Assembly (NCBI GenBank): GCA_003142295.1
Contig: PLLV01000090.1
Coordinates: 6,458-55,570 of the forward strand
DNA: 49,113 bases
Direction of reading: 5' to 3'
From: Syntrophaceae bacterium
GTDB taxonomy: Bacteria; Desulfobacterota; Syntrophia; Syntrophales; UBA2185
This document shows positions 9,765 through 18,462 of this stretch, one piece after another. Within the stretch, counting starts at the first letter, position 1, and the number at the start of each line of letters is the position of its first letter. The translations under genes and the position numbers were made by a program. The notes beneath the pieces were generated by a model that was not told the DNA's origin, made no database searches, and was given only the letters and a program-made list of their open reading frames with translations.

Positions 9765-11456
9765 TTACTTAACCGTCAGACCACTCACCCGGTAATTGAA
9801 TTCATAGTTCAGGGCGCCGCTCCAATTCTGCTGGAATACGCTCTTATAACGCGTTCCATCGACAGGTCCGACGGGCTTTCCGTAGGTATAGAACCAGTTG
9901 ACAATAGGGCTTCCCGTAAAACCCAGGGCAATCCAGTAGGAACCCGGCATAAGGATTGGATTATCCCGGCTGAAGTCGAAGTCTGACCATCTGTATCCAG
10001 GTTTAAGAGAGAGCTGATCGATACTAACGAAGTCGCTTGTGGTAATGGGTTGACCGGGCTTCCCCTGATCATCCTGGAAGATGTCAACCCAGAGCAAGCC
10101 GTCACCGCCGAACTTATGCAGGGCCAGACCGACTTTCTGGAGTTTTACAGGTTTTCTCAGGACAACGACCTGCGCGTACTGGGTTAGGTTGGTGGTTACA
10201 TATTCTGCCGTCTCCACGAGAAAGTTCCGGGACATCTCAAATTGATTTACCCCCGTGGCTTTCGTCACCCGCGGGAACGCGAAATCCACGTTTTCGGGGA
10301 ACTCCAAATTGCCGAATACAAACGGCACATCATACCGGAGTCCTTTTTTCTCCTCTTCCGGTATTACGGGGGGCGGCGGGGGTGGGGATACTTCGATCTG
10401 CTTGAACTCTGCCTTCACTAATGGGGAAAGAATGAGGTTCTTAGGGCCATAGGTTTGCCGGTCTCCCTTTACATTAACCTTATCGCTATTAAAGTTAGCG
10501 GCGATACTCTCCTGGAGTTTTGGCCTCTCCGCATCCTTGAGTTGGGCCCACCGCAGAAGCCCATCATTTTTTGTCTCATTGTTATCAACGCCAACTTCTA
10601 TACGAAGGTAACGGGTAGACACGAACAGCATGGTATTCTGGGGGTCAAAAGGCACCCAACCGAGTTCCGGAAACCAGACTTCAACCCATGAATGGCGGCC
10701 CTGGCCCATTTTGAAGGTCAGGGTCCCCTTCTGCCAGGCAATATCAAAAGGCTGGTTGAAAGTGACACCATTGATGATCCGGACAGGTATGCCGACAGCC
10801 CGGAGCAATGCAGCGGTCAGATGGGAAAAGTTCTGGCAATTACCCTTGCCGGATTCCAACGAATAAACGGCGTCATACCTGGCAGGGGGGGTCACGTAAT
10901 GGACGTGATCCACTACCCAGGCGATGACACGCTGCACTGCATCGAACTCTGTCTTGACATTCGATGTAAGCTGAGATGCGAGTTCACGAATGCGGGGGTT
11001 ATTGGACTGCACCTGCTCTGTCGGTTTAAGATAATCCATTAATTCCTGCTTCATCGCTACGAGCGGAAACGGATCCTGTGTTGCAATGGCAGGGAGCTTT
11101 GTTTCACTTTGGGCGTTGCAGAAAAGGCGTACATCTATGACGTCCGGGGGTCTTATCCACGTCGCCACAATAATCTGGTTGCCCCGGCCGTCAGTGGTGT
11201 TTTTCTTGTCTTGCGGTTCAGGGGAAAAAGCGAGGCCGAACTCTTTGATCTCCTGACTGGACGTTGGCGATTGGAAGCTCTGGGGCACGACAAAGCTAAG
11301 AACCATCTTCTGGATGCCTCCGCCTGCTGTAACCTGCTCCTGAAGCTCATAGCGGATACTCGACCCCATATCTCCCTTGACTGTATAATTTTCGGCCGGA
11401 GACAGGACTGGCCATAATAAGGTTATACTGAGAATTGCAGCGAACAACTTCTTCAT
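9765..11456 (-). CDS. Secreted transglutaminase-like domain protein
   Basis: Signal peptide; GNCQNFS (Cys), RAVGIPVR, HSWVEV (His), GWVPFDP (Asp); poly-Pro linker and an additional C-terminal domain. Confidence 0.88.
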   Translation of the reverse strand: MKKLFAAILSITLLWPVLSPAENYTVKGDMGSSIRYELQEQVTAGGGIQKMVLSFVVPQSFQSPTSSQEIKEFGLAFSPEPQDKKNTTDGRGNQIIVATWIRPPDVIDVRLFCNAQSETKLPAIATQDPFPLVAMKQELMDYLKPTEQVQSNNPRIRELASQLTSNVKTEFDAVQRVIAWVVDHVHYVTPPARYDAVYSLESGKGNCQNFSHLTAALLRAVGIPVRIINGVTFNQPFDIAWQKGTLTFKMGQGRHSWVEVWFPELGWVPFDPQNTMLFVSTRYLRIEVGVDNNETKNDGLLRWAQLKDAERPKLQESIAANFNSDKVNVKGDRQTYGPKNLILSPLVKAEFKQIEVSPPPPPPVIPEEEKKGLRYDVPFVFGNLEFPENVDFAFPRVTKATGVNQFEMSRNFLVETAEYVTTNLTQYAQVVVLRKPVKLQKVGLALHKFGGDGLLWVDIFQDDQGKPGQPITTSDFVSIDQLSLKPGYRWSDFDFSRDNPILMPGSYWIALGFTGSPIVNWFYTYGKPVGPVDGTRYKSVFQQNWSGALNYEFNYRVSGLTVK

Positions 11457-11474
11457 CGTTCCCCTCCTTTCAAA

Positions 11475-12065
11475 TCAAAACGTCGCAGGTTTGCAGATTA
11501 CTTCCCTCACTTTCAGATCAAAGAAACGGGCGCTGTTAGCAGGCTTCAAAACCAGTGCTGAATCGACTCCTTGAGCGGTTCCCCCTACGGATATTACATC
11601 TTCGTCAGTTCTTACAAGACCGGCATCTGCAGCCATCAAGGTCACTTCAATGGCGACCTTGACACCCTGACCGAATACGCGCAGTGTGTGGGCCATAATT
11701 TCATCTACCTGATAAGTGTCAAGCTTGTTCCTCACACCACGGCCGACTCCACCGAAAGCGTGCTGGCAGGTAAGAACTTTAACACCCTGAGATTCCAGTT
11801 CCCTTCTGTCCTTTTCGTCCAGTTCCTGAAAGTCAGGTTTTGCGTACCCCGTGACATGGGTAACGGCGATGATCTTAATGTCTTTGTCAAGAATCTTCAA
11901 GGCTTCAAAAGCAGTTCGTCCGCTGCACGTGGCGATCAGTACCTTTCCTATGGAAAGCTCCTTGGCCCTCTTGGAGACGGTTTCAAGGACTCCCTTCGTA
12001 TTTTTCCCTCCTGGTTTATGGAAATAACGGCAGGATATGTCGCGGTAAGGAGATGATTCAGACAT
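11475..12065 (-). CDS. Pyruvate kinase alpha/beta-domain stand-alone protein (DUF1867-like)
   Basis: YFHKPGGKNT, VLIATCSGRTA, VTH, GQGVKVAIEVTLMAADAG, VGGT..GVDSALV. Confidence 0.85.
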   Translation of the reverse strand: MSESSPYRDISCRYFHKPGGKNTKGVLETVSKRAKELSIGKVLIATCSGRTAFEALKILDKDIKIIAVTHVTGYAKPDFQELDEKDRRELESQGVKVLTCQHAFGGVGRGVRNKLDTYQVDEIMAHTLRVFGQGVKVAIEVTLMAADAGLVRTDEDVISVGGTAQGVDSALVLKPANSARFFDLKVREVICKPATF

Positions 12066-12149
12066 GATTTCTTGCCTCCACGGAAACACATTCCCGTACG
12101 ACGTAGTAAATGTTCTGTTCCTGACGATTCTTTACATCAGGTCGGCTTC

Positions 12150-12240
12150 TGTCATTTCCACACCCGACAAATGCATTCGATAGCATGCGCCGGCGGGGCA
12201 TACAAAAACAACTGGATGCTGCTTTACGTGCGGAATGACA
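12150..12240. repeat. Degenerate GTCATT...AATGAC palindromic (REP/MITE-like) element
   Basis: Ends tgtcatttcc ... ggaatgaca; the internal aaaacaactgga..ctgctt is shared with the copy at 39756. Confidence 0.5.
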
Positions 12241-12335
12241 AAGTAGTATATAGGCAAGCATCAGCCGCGTGTCAATCATAAAGTTGAGTTATCTTCCCCC
12301 TAATGATCATAGACCGCCAAGATGCAAAATATCAT

Positions 12336-12363
12336 TTGACAAAATGGTTTAAGTGTATACGTT
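12336..12363 (+). promoter_or_regulatory. Putative sigma-70 promoter for the HesB-like/TPR genes
   Basis: TTGACA-N16-TACGTT. Confidence 0.4.
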
Positions 12364-12412
12364 AGATGCCAATAAACTGTCAACAAAGCAGCAAATCTGA
12401 AAGGAGCATATA

Positions 12413-12727
12413 ATGTTTGAAGTTACGGAAAAAGCGGTTGAGATGATTCAAGACTTTCTCAAAGAAAGGAGTGAAGAACATATCATCAGGATCACGATGA
12501 ATGAGGGTGGGTGATCCGGGTCCTCTCTGGGCATGGCTCTGGACGAGCCAAAAGAAGGCGATGAAACGTTTAAGAAAGACGGGTTGACCTTCATAATCAA
12601 TAAAGAAGTGCTTGAGTTGGCTAAACCGATTGCAGTAGATTTTGTGGGCACACCGCACGGATCCGGTTTCAGACTGACATCCAGCCTGGATGCCGGCAGT
12701 TCATGTGGAAGGTCATGCAGTTGTTAA
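12413..12727 (+). CDS. HesB/IscA-like selenoprotein (Sec at codon 34; 104 aa)
   Basis: AAGGAG SD + ATG 12413: MFEVTEKAVEMIQDFLKERSEEHIIRITMNEGG-U(TGA 12512-12514)-SGSSLGMALDEPKEGDETF...SCGRSCSC; the UGA sits where HesB/IscA proteins have GGC. Confidence 0.88.
12534..12550 (+). promoter_or_regulatory. Putative bacterial SECIS hairpin
   Basis: Stem tggctc / gagcca with loop tggac (G at second loop position); the loop starts 25 nt after the UGA. Confidence 0.6.
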
Positions 12728-12742
12728 GATAGCAGGGGGCTT

Positions 12743-13690
12743 ATGACTGAAGAAAGGAAGGCTGAATATTTTCGTCACCTTGCCGATGACTTCATGAATG
12801 CAAAGAGGTACGACGATGCGATCCTCCTTTACCAGAAATTAGTTGAAATGCATCCAGGTCAGGATTCCTTTCTTTTCTCATTGGCCTGGGCCTATCACGA
12901 CAGCGGAAGGCTCGATGATGCCATCGTCTGTTTCGAACGCCTCCTCAGTGTTGAACTTGAGCGGAAAGTTTTTACCGGTTTTGCCTTCGATGAGCTTGTA
13001 AGGATTTTTAAGAAAGCGGGAGATTATGAGCGCCTTCTTGATATATGCGAGCGGGCGGTGGCAGCGCAACCGGATGATGTGGCGCTTCTCAATGATCTTG
13101 GCGATGCCTATCTCAAGGCGGGCAAGGCAAGTGAGTCTGTCAGAGTATTTAAAAAAATGACTGACATGGAACCGGATGCTTCAGCAACTTACTGCAGTCT
13201 TGGGAATGCACTCGTCCGAGCAGGAGACTTTGATGGTGCAGAGGCGGCATACAGAAAAGCAGTCGAGATTGACCCATCAGAGGCGGGCCCCTTCTATAAT
13301 AGGCTCGCTAATGTATATTGCAATGAGGGGCATGACGAGAGGGCAGAGAGGGCTTTCAGAAAGTGTCTCGAATTCCGATTTGATGATCCCATGTACCACT
13401 GCGGTCTTGGCGATGTTCTTGTGAAACGGGGAAAGATTGACGACGCCCACGGCGTCTATGAAAAGGCCGTCGATCTTCATCGTACTTCAGCGGGCGCTTA
13501 CTACAACAGGTTTGGAAATACCCTCACCCGGGGGAATCACCACAGCCAGGCGATAGAGGCCTTCAAAAAAGCGATTGCCGCCGATCCTCGCAATCCCTTC
13601 TATTATGTCCATCTTGCGGACTCATATGCCGCGCTTGGCCTTTCCGATGCGGCAGAAAGAACTTACCGTCAGGCCGAATCTCTGAAATGA
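12743..13690 (+). CDS. Tetratricopeptide repeat protein
   Basis: Multiple 34-aa TPR motifs (e.g. LGNALVRAGDFDGAEAAYRKAVEIDP). Confidence 0.92.
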   Translation: MTEERKAEYFRHLADDFMNAKRYDDAILLYQKLVEMHPGQDSFLFSLAWAYHDSGRLDDAIVCFERLLSVELERKVFTGFAFDELVRIFKKAGDYERLLDICERAVAAQPDDVALLNDLGDAYLKAGKASESVRVFKKMTDMEPDASATYCSLGNALVRAGDFDGAEAAYRKAVEIDPSEAGPFYNRLANVYCNEGHDERAERAFRKCLEFRFDDPMYHCGLGDVLVKRGKIDDAHGVYEKAVDLHRTSAGAYYNRFGNTLTRGNHHSQAIEAFKKAIAADPRNPFYYVHLADSYAALGLSDAAERTYRQAESLK

Positions 13691-13786
13691 CGACTTCACA
13701 AGAAGTTCCCCTCCCTCAGAACTTTTTTTGAGAGCGGTCCATCTTCAACCGTTTTGAAAATTTTTACGGGATTGTAAGAAAAGAAA

Positions 13787-14302
13787 TCAGACCCGCCCTT
13801 TCTTTTTCAGGGCATCTTTGAAGACGTGGTAAAAGGCTGTATTATCAGCAAGGCTGCGCTTGAGAATGCTACTGATGTCATCGATGTTTTTCATGTTAAC
13901 GATAACATTTACGCTTTTATTAAAGGCCGTCATATTATCCATGGTGCGGAACCTGCCGCTCAGCAGGGCGACAAAAATCTGTCTTCTCGTGCTTACGTTA
14001 AGATTGGCCAGGTAATTGAGTACTATGTTGGTATCGGGGTTTTCCGTGTCAAAATTCTCGTTCACAACAACCACGTCATAAATGTGAAACCGCATATTCT
14101 TGAGGGCATCTCTTATAGAAGCCGGTTCTGTAATCTGGTAACCCATGAGCTTCAGGGCGCTGCTGATTTTTTCTCTCGCAGCGGGGTCTGATTCGCAGAC
14201 CAATGCCGTTCCAATGCCCACTTCCACGAAATCAAAAGGTTTGTCGGAGGCGTCATATTCATATGAGTCTTCTTCATTGAAAAGGGTTTTCTCTTCTTCC
14301 AT
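13787..14302 (-). CDS. Pseudo-receiver-like protein downstream of the PilT pair
   Basis: Receiver-like pattern ALVCESD...LKLMGYQI...YDVVVVNE, with Asn at the usual phospho-Asp position. Confidence 0.6.
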   Translation of the reverse strand: MEEEKTLFNEEDSYEYDASDKPFDFVEVGIGTALVCESDPAAREKISSALKLMGYQITEPASIRDALKNMRFHIYDVVVVNENFDTENPDTNIVLNYLANLNVSTRRQIFVALLSGRFRTMDNMTAFNKSVNVIVNMKNIDDISSILKRSLADNTAFYHVFKDALKKKGRV

Positions 14303-14323
14303 GGGGATCTAATTGCCTCCTTA

Positions 14324-15499
14324 TCAGCGTTTTTTGAATCTTCCGTATTCCTTGTCGACCTCGAGCTTGCCCAGGATATCTGTAGTTGCCTGTCCCCTTT
14401 CACTCTTTACAGCATCAATACCGCGGCCCACCGCTCCCTTATTGGACGCATAGGCCTTGGCCGTCTCTTCGCTGATAAAACCTTGTTTATAGAGATCAAC
14501 GATGTAATCGTCGAATGTAAGCATGCCGAACGCCTTACCGGCCAGAATGATGTCGTGAAAGGTTTTCCCTTCCGATTCGCCGTGAAGAATGGTGTCCCTG
14601 ACGCGCATGTTAGCGCCCATTATCTCGAAGGCCGCAACGCGACCTCCGTCCTCTCTCGGCAGAAGCCGCTGACAGACGATCCACCGAACCGTGTCGGCGA
14701 GGCGTATGCGAACCTGAGTTTCCTCTTCCGCAGCAAACATGCCCAGGATGCGATTAATGGTCTGTCCTGCATCAACCGTATGGAGAGTAGCCAAGACCAG
14801 ATGTCCTGTTTCTGCGGCGCTGAGGGCTATATCCACGGTCTCCCTGTCCCTCATCTCGCCGACCAGTATGACCTTGGGCGCCTGCCTGAGAGCGGCCCGA
14901 AGTCCGCTGGAAAAGGTGTCAAAATCTGTGCCTAATTCTCTCTGGTTGAAGGTAGCCTTCTTGTGAGGATGCGCGTATTCGACAGGGTCTTCAAGAGTGA
15001 TGATATGAATTGATTTCTGTTCATTCATCTCATTCAATACGGCGGCAAGCGATGTGGTCTTGCCGGTGCCCGTGGCGCCGGTTACGAGGATGAGCCCGTT
15101 CTGCTCCTGGGCCATTTTATAAAAGGCGTCCGGCAGATTCAATTCCTTGCACGCAGGTATTTTAGATTCCAGTTTCCGAAGGGCTACAGAGTAATTGCCC
15201 TTCTGCGAAAACACATTGACCCTGAAGCGTGCCTTTCCCGGCAGTTCGTAAGACAAATCGCATGAACCTTCGTTAATAAGAATCTCCGTCAGCCGGCGGT
15301 CCTGATTAATGAGATTCAGGGCAAATATTTCCGTCTGGAAAGGGGTCAGTCCTTCAAAAGGAGGGTCGAACTCCGCTACGGTTAACACTCCCGCAGTCTC
15401 TACCTGGAATGGCTTGCCTACAGTGATGTTGAGGTCAGAGACGTTTTTCTGAGAATCCAGCATCTTCGTCAGTATATAATCTATTTCCTGTTTTCTCAT
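14324..15499 (-). CDS. PilT/PilU family type IV pilus retraction ATPase (second paralog)
   Basis: RFRVNVF, Walker A GATGTGKT, TLEDPVE, LRQAPKVILVGEMRD, AAETGHLVLATLHT; lacks the AIRNLIRE motif. Confidence 0.92.
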   Translation of the reverse strand: MRKQEIDYILTKMLDSQKNVSDLNITVGKPFQVETAGVLTVAEFDPPFEGLTPFQTEIFALNLINQDRRLTEILINEGSCDLSYELPGKARFRVNVFSQKGNYSVALRKLESKIPACKELNLPDAFYKMAQEQNGLILVTGATGTGKTTSLAAVLNEMNEQKSIHIITLEDPVEYAHPHKKATFNQRELGTDFDTFSSGLRAALRQAPKVILVGEMRDRETVDIALSAAETGHLVLATLHTVDAGQTINRILGMFAAEEETQVRIRLADTVRWIVCQRLLPREDGGRVAAFEIMGANMRVRDTILHGESEGKTFHDIILAGKAFGMLTFDDYIVDLYKQGFISEETAKAYASNKGAVGRGIDAVKSERGQATTDILGKLEVDKEYGRFKKR

Positions 15500-15561
15500 G
15501 GTTTTTTCCTCGGGATATAATAGTTAAACACCTTACGGGACCTGTAACCGGAACTGGATCT

Positions 15562-16644
15562 TCATGCTTCCGTAAAGTCAAGCGGCGGCGCTTTTAAAAG
15601 AGGTCTGAACCTTGTCTTATCGTTGGCCTTCATATATGCGTCGTCGGGACTTATCCATCCCCTATTGCAAAGTTCCCAGATGGCATCGTCGAGCAACTGC
15701 ATGCCGTATTTTTTACCCGTCTGGATCATTGAAGGAATCTGGAAGGTCTTGGATTCCCGGATGAGATTACGAACGGCCGAATTGGCGATCATAATCTCCA
15801 GCGCTACACAACGCCCCTTCCTGTCAATCCGCTTGAAGAGAACCTGGGAAATAACCGCCCGGATACCATCGGCCAGCGTGGACCGTATCTGCATCTGTTC
15901 CTCTGCCGGGAAGACCTCAATGATCCGGTCAACAGTTCTGGCAGCGCTGGTGGTATGCAGGGTGGAAAAAACGAGATGCCCCGTGTTGGCCGCTTCGACA
16001 GCAAGAGATATGGTTTCCAGATCCCGCATCTCGCCGACGAGAATTATATCAGGGTCCTCGCGAAGTGCCCCGCGAAGAGCCGCTGAAAAACTCTTGGTAT
16101 GGAGGCCGACCTCCCTGTGATTTATTATGCAGCCCTGACTTTGGTGGACAAACTCGATTGGATCTTCAACCGTGATGATATGATCCTTTCGCATGCGGTT
16201 TGCTTCGTCAATGATGGCGGCAAGGGTTGTTGATTTTCCGCATCCTGTCGGACCCGTGACCAGGACAAGTCCTCTCGGCAGGGTGGCCAGTTTCGTAAGC
16301 ACCGACGGCAGTCCCAAATCCTGGCATGTCATAATCCTGCTCGGGATTTCTCTGAAAACCGCTGCCACTCCGAATTTCTGTGAGAAGAAATTGGCCCGGT
16401 ACCTGGCAAGGTTCGGAATTTCGTATGCGAAATCCACATCTCCTGTTTCTTCAAATTGCTTGACCTTATGCTCCGGCGCAATTTCATAAAGCATGGCTTT
16501 GAGTTCATCATTATTCAGCACGTTGAACTTCACCCGTTCCATCTCACCTCTTATCCTGAGGACCGGCTGCTGGCCTGACACTAAATGCAGGTCTGACGCA
16601 CCCTGGTCATGCATCAACTGGAAGAAGGCATCAATCTTTGCCAT
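15562..16644 (-). CDS. pilT: Type IV pilus twitching motility ATPase PilT
   Basis: ASDLHL, GPTGCGKST, EDPIE, LREDPDIILVGEMRD, TGHLVFSTLHT, AVRNLIRE. Confidence 0.95.
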   Translation of the reverse strand: MAKIDAFFQLMHDQGASDLHLVSGQQPVLRIRGEMERVKFNVLNNDELKAMLYEIAPEHKVKQFEETGDVDFAYEIPNLARYRANFFSQKFGVAAVFREIPSRIMTCQDLGLPSVLTKLATLPRGLVLVTGPTGCGKSTTLAAIIDEANRMRKDHIITVEDPIEFVHQSQGCIINHREVGLHTKSFSAALRGALREDPDIILVGEMRDLETISLAVEAANTGHLVFSTLHTTSAARTVDRIIEVFPAEEQMQIRSTLADGIRAVISQVLFKRIDRKGRCVALEIMIANSAVRNLIRESKTFQIPSMIQTGKKYGMQLLDDAIWELCNRGWISPDDAYMKANDKTRFRPLLKAPPLDFTEA

Positions 16645-16797
16645 AAACAGTCTCCTTGGTAATTTTGAAATATAAATTTGTGTAGGGCAGGTACATCATC
16701 GATCGTCTCGTGATCAAGTTTAAGAATCTTATGGATTTACCGGGAGAATGGAAATTTACTTTCTTAAAGCTATTAGATTTCAATTCAGCGTGATTGG

Positions 16798-16826
16798 AGT
16801 ATAGGAAAAGGATATATGTTTGTCAA
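16798..16826 (-). promoter_or_regulatory. Sigma-70 promoter for the pilT operon
   Basis: Minus strand TTGACA-N17-TATACT. Confidence 0.65.
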
Positions 16827-16853
16827 GATGAAAAGCCCGTTCTTAACTATTGC

Positions 16854-16883
16854 TTGACATGCGTTGCCGGCATCTTATATTAT
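16854..16883 (+). promoter_or_regulatory. Sigma-70 promoter for tRNA-Ala
   Basis: TTGACA-N16-TATATT or TTGACA-N18-TATTAT, back-to-back with the pilT promoter. Confidence 0.6.
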
Positions 16884-16930
16884 CGCTTCCACAGCCGAAA
16901 TTTTTCGCGAGACCGGCTTTGAAAGAAAGT

Positions 16931-17006
16931 GGGGATGTAGCTCAACTGGGAGAGCGCGGCGTTCGCAATGCCGAGGTCAGGGGTTCGATCCCCCTCATCT
17001 CCACCA
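16931..17006 (+). tRNA. tRNA-Ala (anticodon CGC)
   Basis: 76-nt cloverleaf GGGGATG...CATCTCC-ACCA, anticodon loop TT-CGC-AA, GGTTCGATCC T-arm, G3:U70 alanine identity pair, encoded CCA. Confidence 0.97.
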
Positions 17007-17011
17007 TGGAT

Positions 17012-17067
17012 AAAAAGACAGGCTGCTTTCTTTTGAACCGCACAAAAAGCAGCCTGTTTCTTTTTTC
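17012..17067. terminator. Bidirectional terminator between tRNA-Ala and the deoxyhypusine synthase gene
   Basis: acaggctgcttt / aaagcagcctgt stem with flanking A and T tracts. Confidence 0.75.
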
Positions 17068-18079
17068 AGAATATCTTCGCAAACTGCCGCTTCTTTCTCG
17101 TCTTCCAATTCCCCTTGTGGTAGGCATAGCTTGCAAGGAGCGGCAGCACAGTGGTCGCTTCGGCAAAGACCATCTGCTCACAGGCCATGTCCACTTTCCC
17201 CCAGGATGTCGCTTCCTTTAGTGTGGAGCTGGAACAGGCTCCATCCCTCACGTCTGCCACGGTTATCTGCACGGCATATTTGTGCATGGGGGCATCAAAT
17301 CCCAGAATCTCGGCGCATATCACCGTGTCCTGGGCAAAGTTTTTTGGGACTCCGCCGCCGATAATAAGGAGTCCTGTTGTCTGGGCCTTTACCTTGATCA
17401 TGGTCAGCTCACGAAAATCCTTTACCGCATCGATGGAAACGTGCTTTTCCGGACGCCGGTGCTGGTGCAGCACAAGGCCGAAGCCGGCGCTGCTGTCGGA
17501 AAAGGCGGGACAAAAAATGGGAACATCGTTTGCATAGGCAACCTGAACCAGAGAATCCTGTTTGGCGGCGCGTCTTGCAAGAAATTTTCCCATCTCACGT
17601 ATGAATTCCCGCGATGAGTATGAACCGGGCGGCAGGGCGTCGGCTATCTCTGTAATCGTTTTGTCACAGACCTGGAGATCTTTCTCGTCGATATAGGTGT
17701 CGTATATTCTGTCGATGTATAGCTTTCTGAGGGTCCGATCATCCACGTGGGGGCTGCCCTGGTAGTGCCTGAATCCCAGGGCCTCAAAAAAATCCATATC
17801 GACAATCGTGGCGCCTGTGGCGACGATCACATCCACCATGTTGTGTTTCACGAGATCCGCATAGACCTGCATGCAGCCCGCGGCGCTCGTGCTTCCCGCT
17901 ATGGTGAGAATAATGGTGCATTCTTCATCTCTCAGCATCCTGTCATAGATGTCTGCGGCCTGGGCCAGGTCTCTTGCCGAAAAGGACATCCCTCTCATGG
18001 CATCGATGATATCAACTGCATTGAATGATTTTATGTCAATGTGCGCAACCGGCGTCTTCAGATATTCCTTCTTTTCCAT
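17066..18079 (-). CDS. Deoxyhypusine synthase-family protein (possibly homospermidine synthase activity)
   Basis: DRIYD, PIFCPAFSDSSAG, GGGVPKNF, DVRDGACSSSTLKEATSWGK (catalytic Lys), FAEAT; GAGGAG SD before ATG 18079. Confidence 0.92.
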   Translation of the reverse strand: MEKKEYLKTPVAHIDIKSFNAVDIIDAMRGMSFSARDLAQAADIYDRMLRDEECTIILTIAGSTSAAGCMQVYADLVKHNMVDVIVATGATIVDMDFFEALGFRHYQGSPHVDDRTLRKLYIDRIYDTYIDEKDLQVCDKTITEIADALPPGSYSSREFIREMGKFLARRAAKQDSLVQVAYANDVPIFCPAFSDSSAGFGLVLHQHRRPEKHVSIDAVKDFRELTMIKVKAQTTGLLIIGGGVPKNFAQDTVICAEILGFDAPMHKYAVQITVADVRDGACSSSTLKEATSWGKVDMACEQMVFAEATTVLPLLASYAYHKGNWKTRKKRQFAKIF

Positions 18080-18171
18080 AATCTCCTCGGTGAGTTTTTT
18101 GATCCCAGGATTAACCAGTTGGCTCAAGCCTCCCGACTTGAACCAATAAGAATGTCTTTCTTGATGGGCCA

Positions 18172-18201
18172 AGTATAAGGAATGAGGGGTTTGTATGTCA
18201 A
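18172..18201 (-). promoter_or_regulatory. Sigma-70 promoter for the DHS-family gene
   Basis: Minus strand TTGACA-N18-TATACT. Confidence 0.6.
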
Positions 18202-18462
18202 GGCAATTCGACGACAAATAGCGGTCCGCGCCGCTGCGCGATTTTATTCGGAGCGGCCGGGGGAATTTTTTTGAGGGCTAGTCGAGGGGTGAGTTGGAAA
18301 ATAGAGGCCCGCACCTTGATCACTGATGGGAGCCCTCTGTTCTTCAGAAATTTACCGTGACGATTCCTTTAGGAATTATTCCGGCCACCGGTCATTATCC
18401 TCCTGAATATCCCGGTCGAAGCTGCGGAGCGAGGCCGCACCTGCTACTGAAATGACGGATTT

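Noticed and set aside
13688-13778. Weak inverted-repeat element between the TPR gene and the convergent gene
   Set aside because: Too degenerate to define ends or assign a family by eye.
16850-17221. ORFs of 123 aa and 79 aa overlapping the tRNA
   Set aside because: Shadow translations of tRNA-Ala and the DHS gene end.
18369-18402. Minus-strand AGGAGG + ATG micro-ORF (MTGGRNNS) after the kinase
   Set aside because: Only 8 codons; it could be a gene relic but this cannot be supported.
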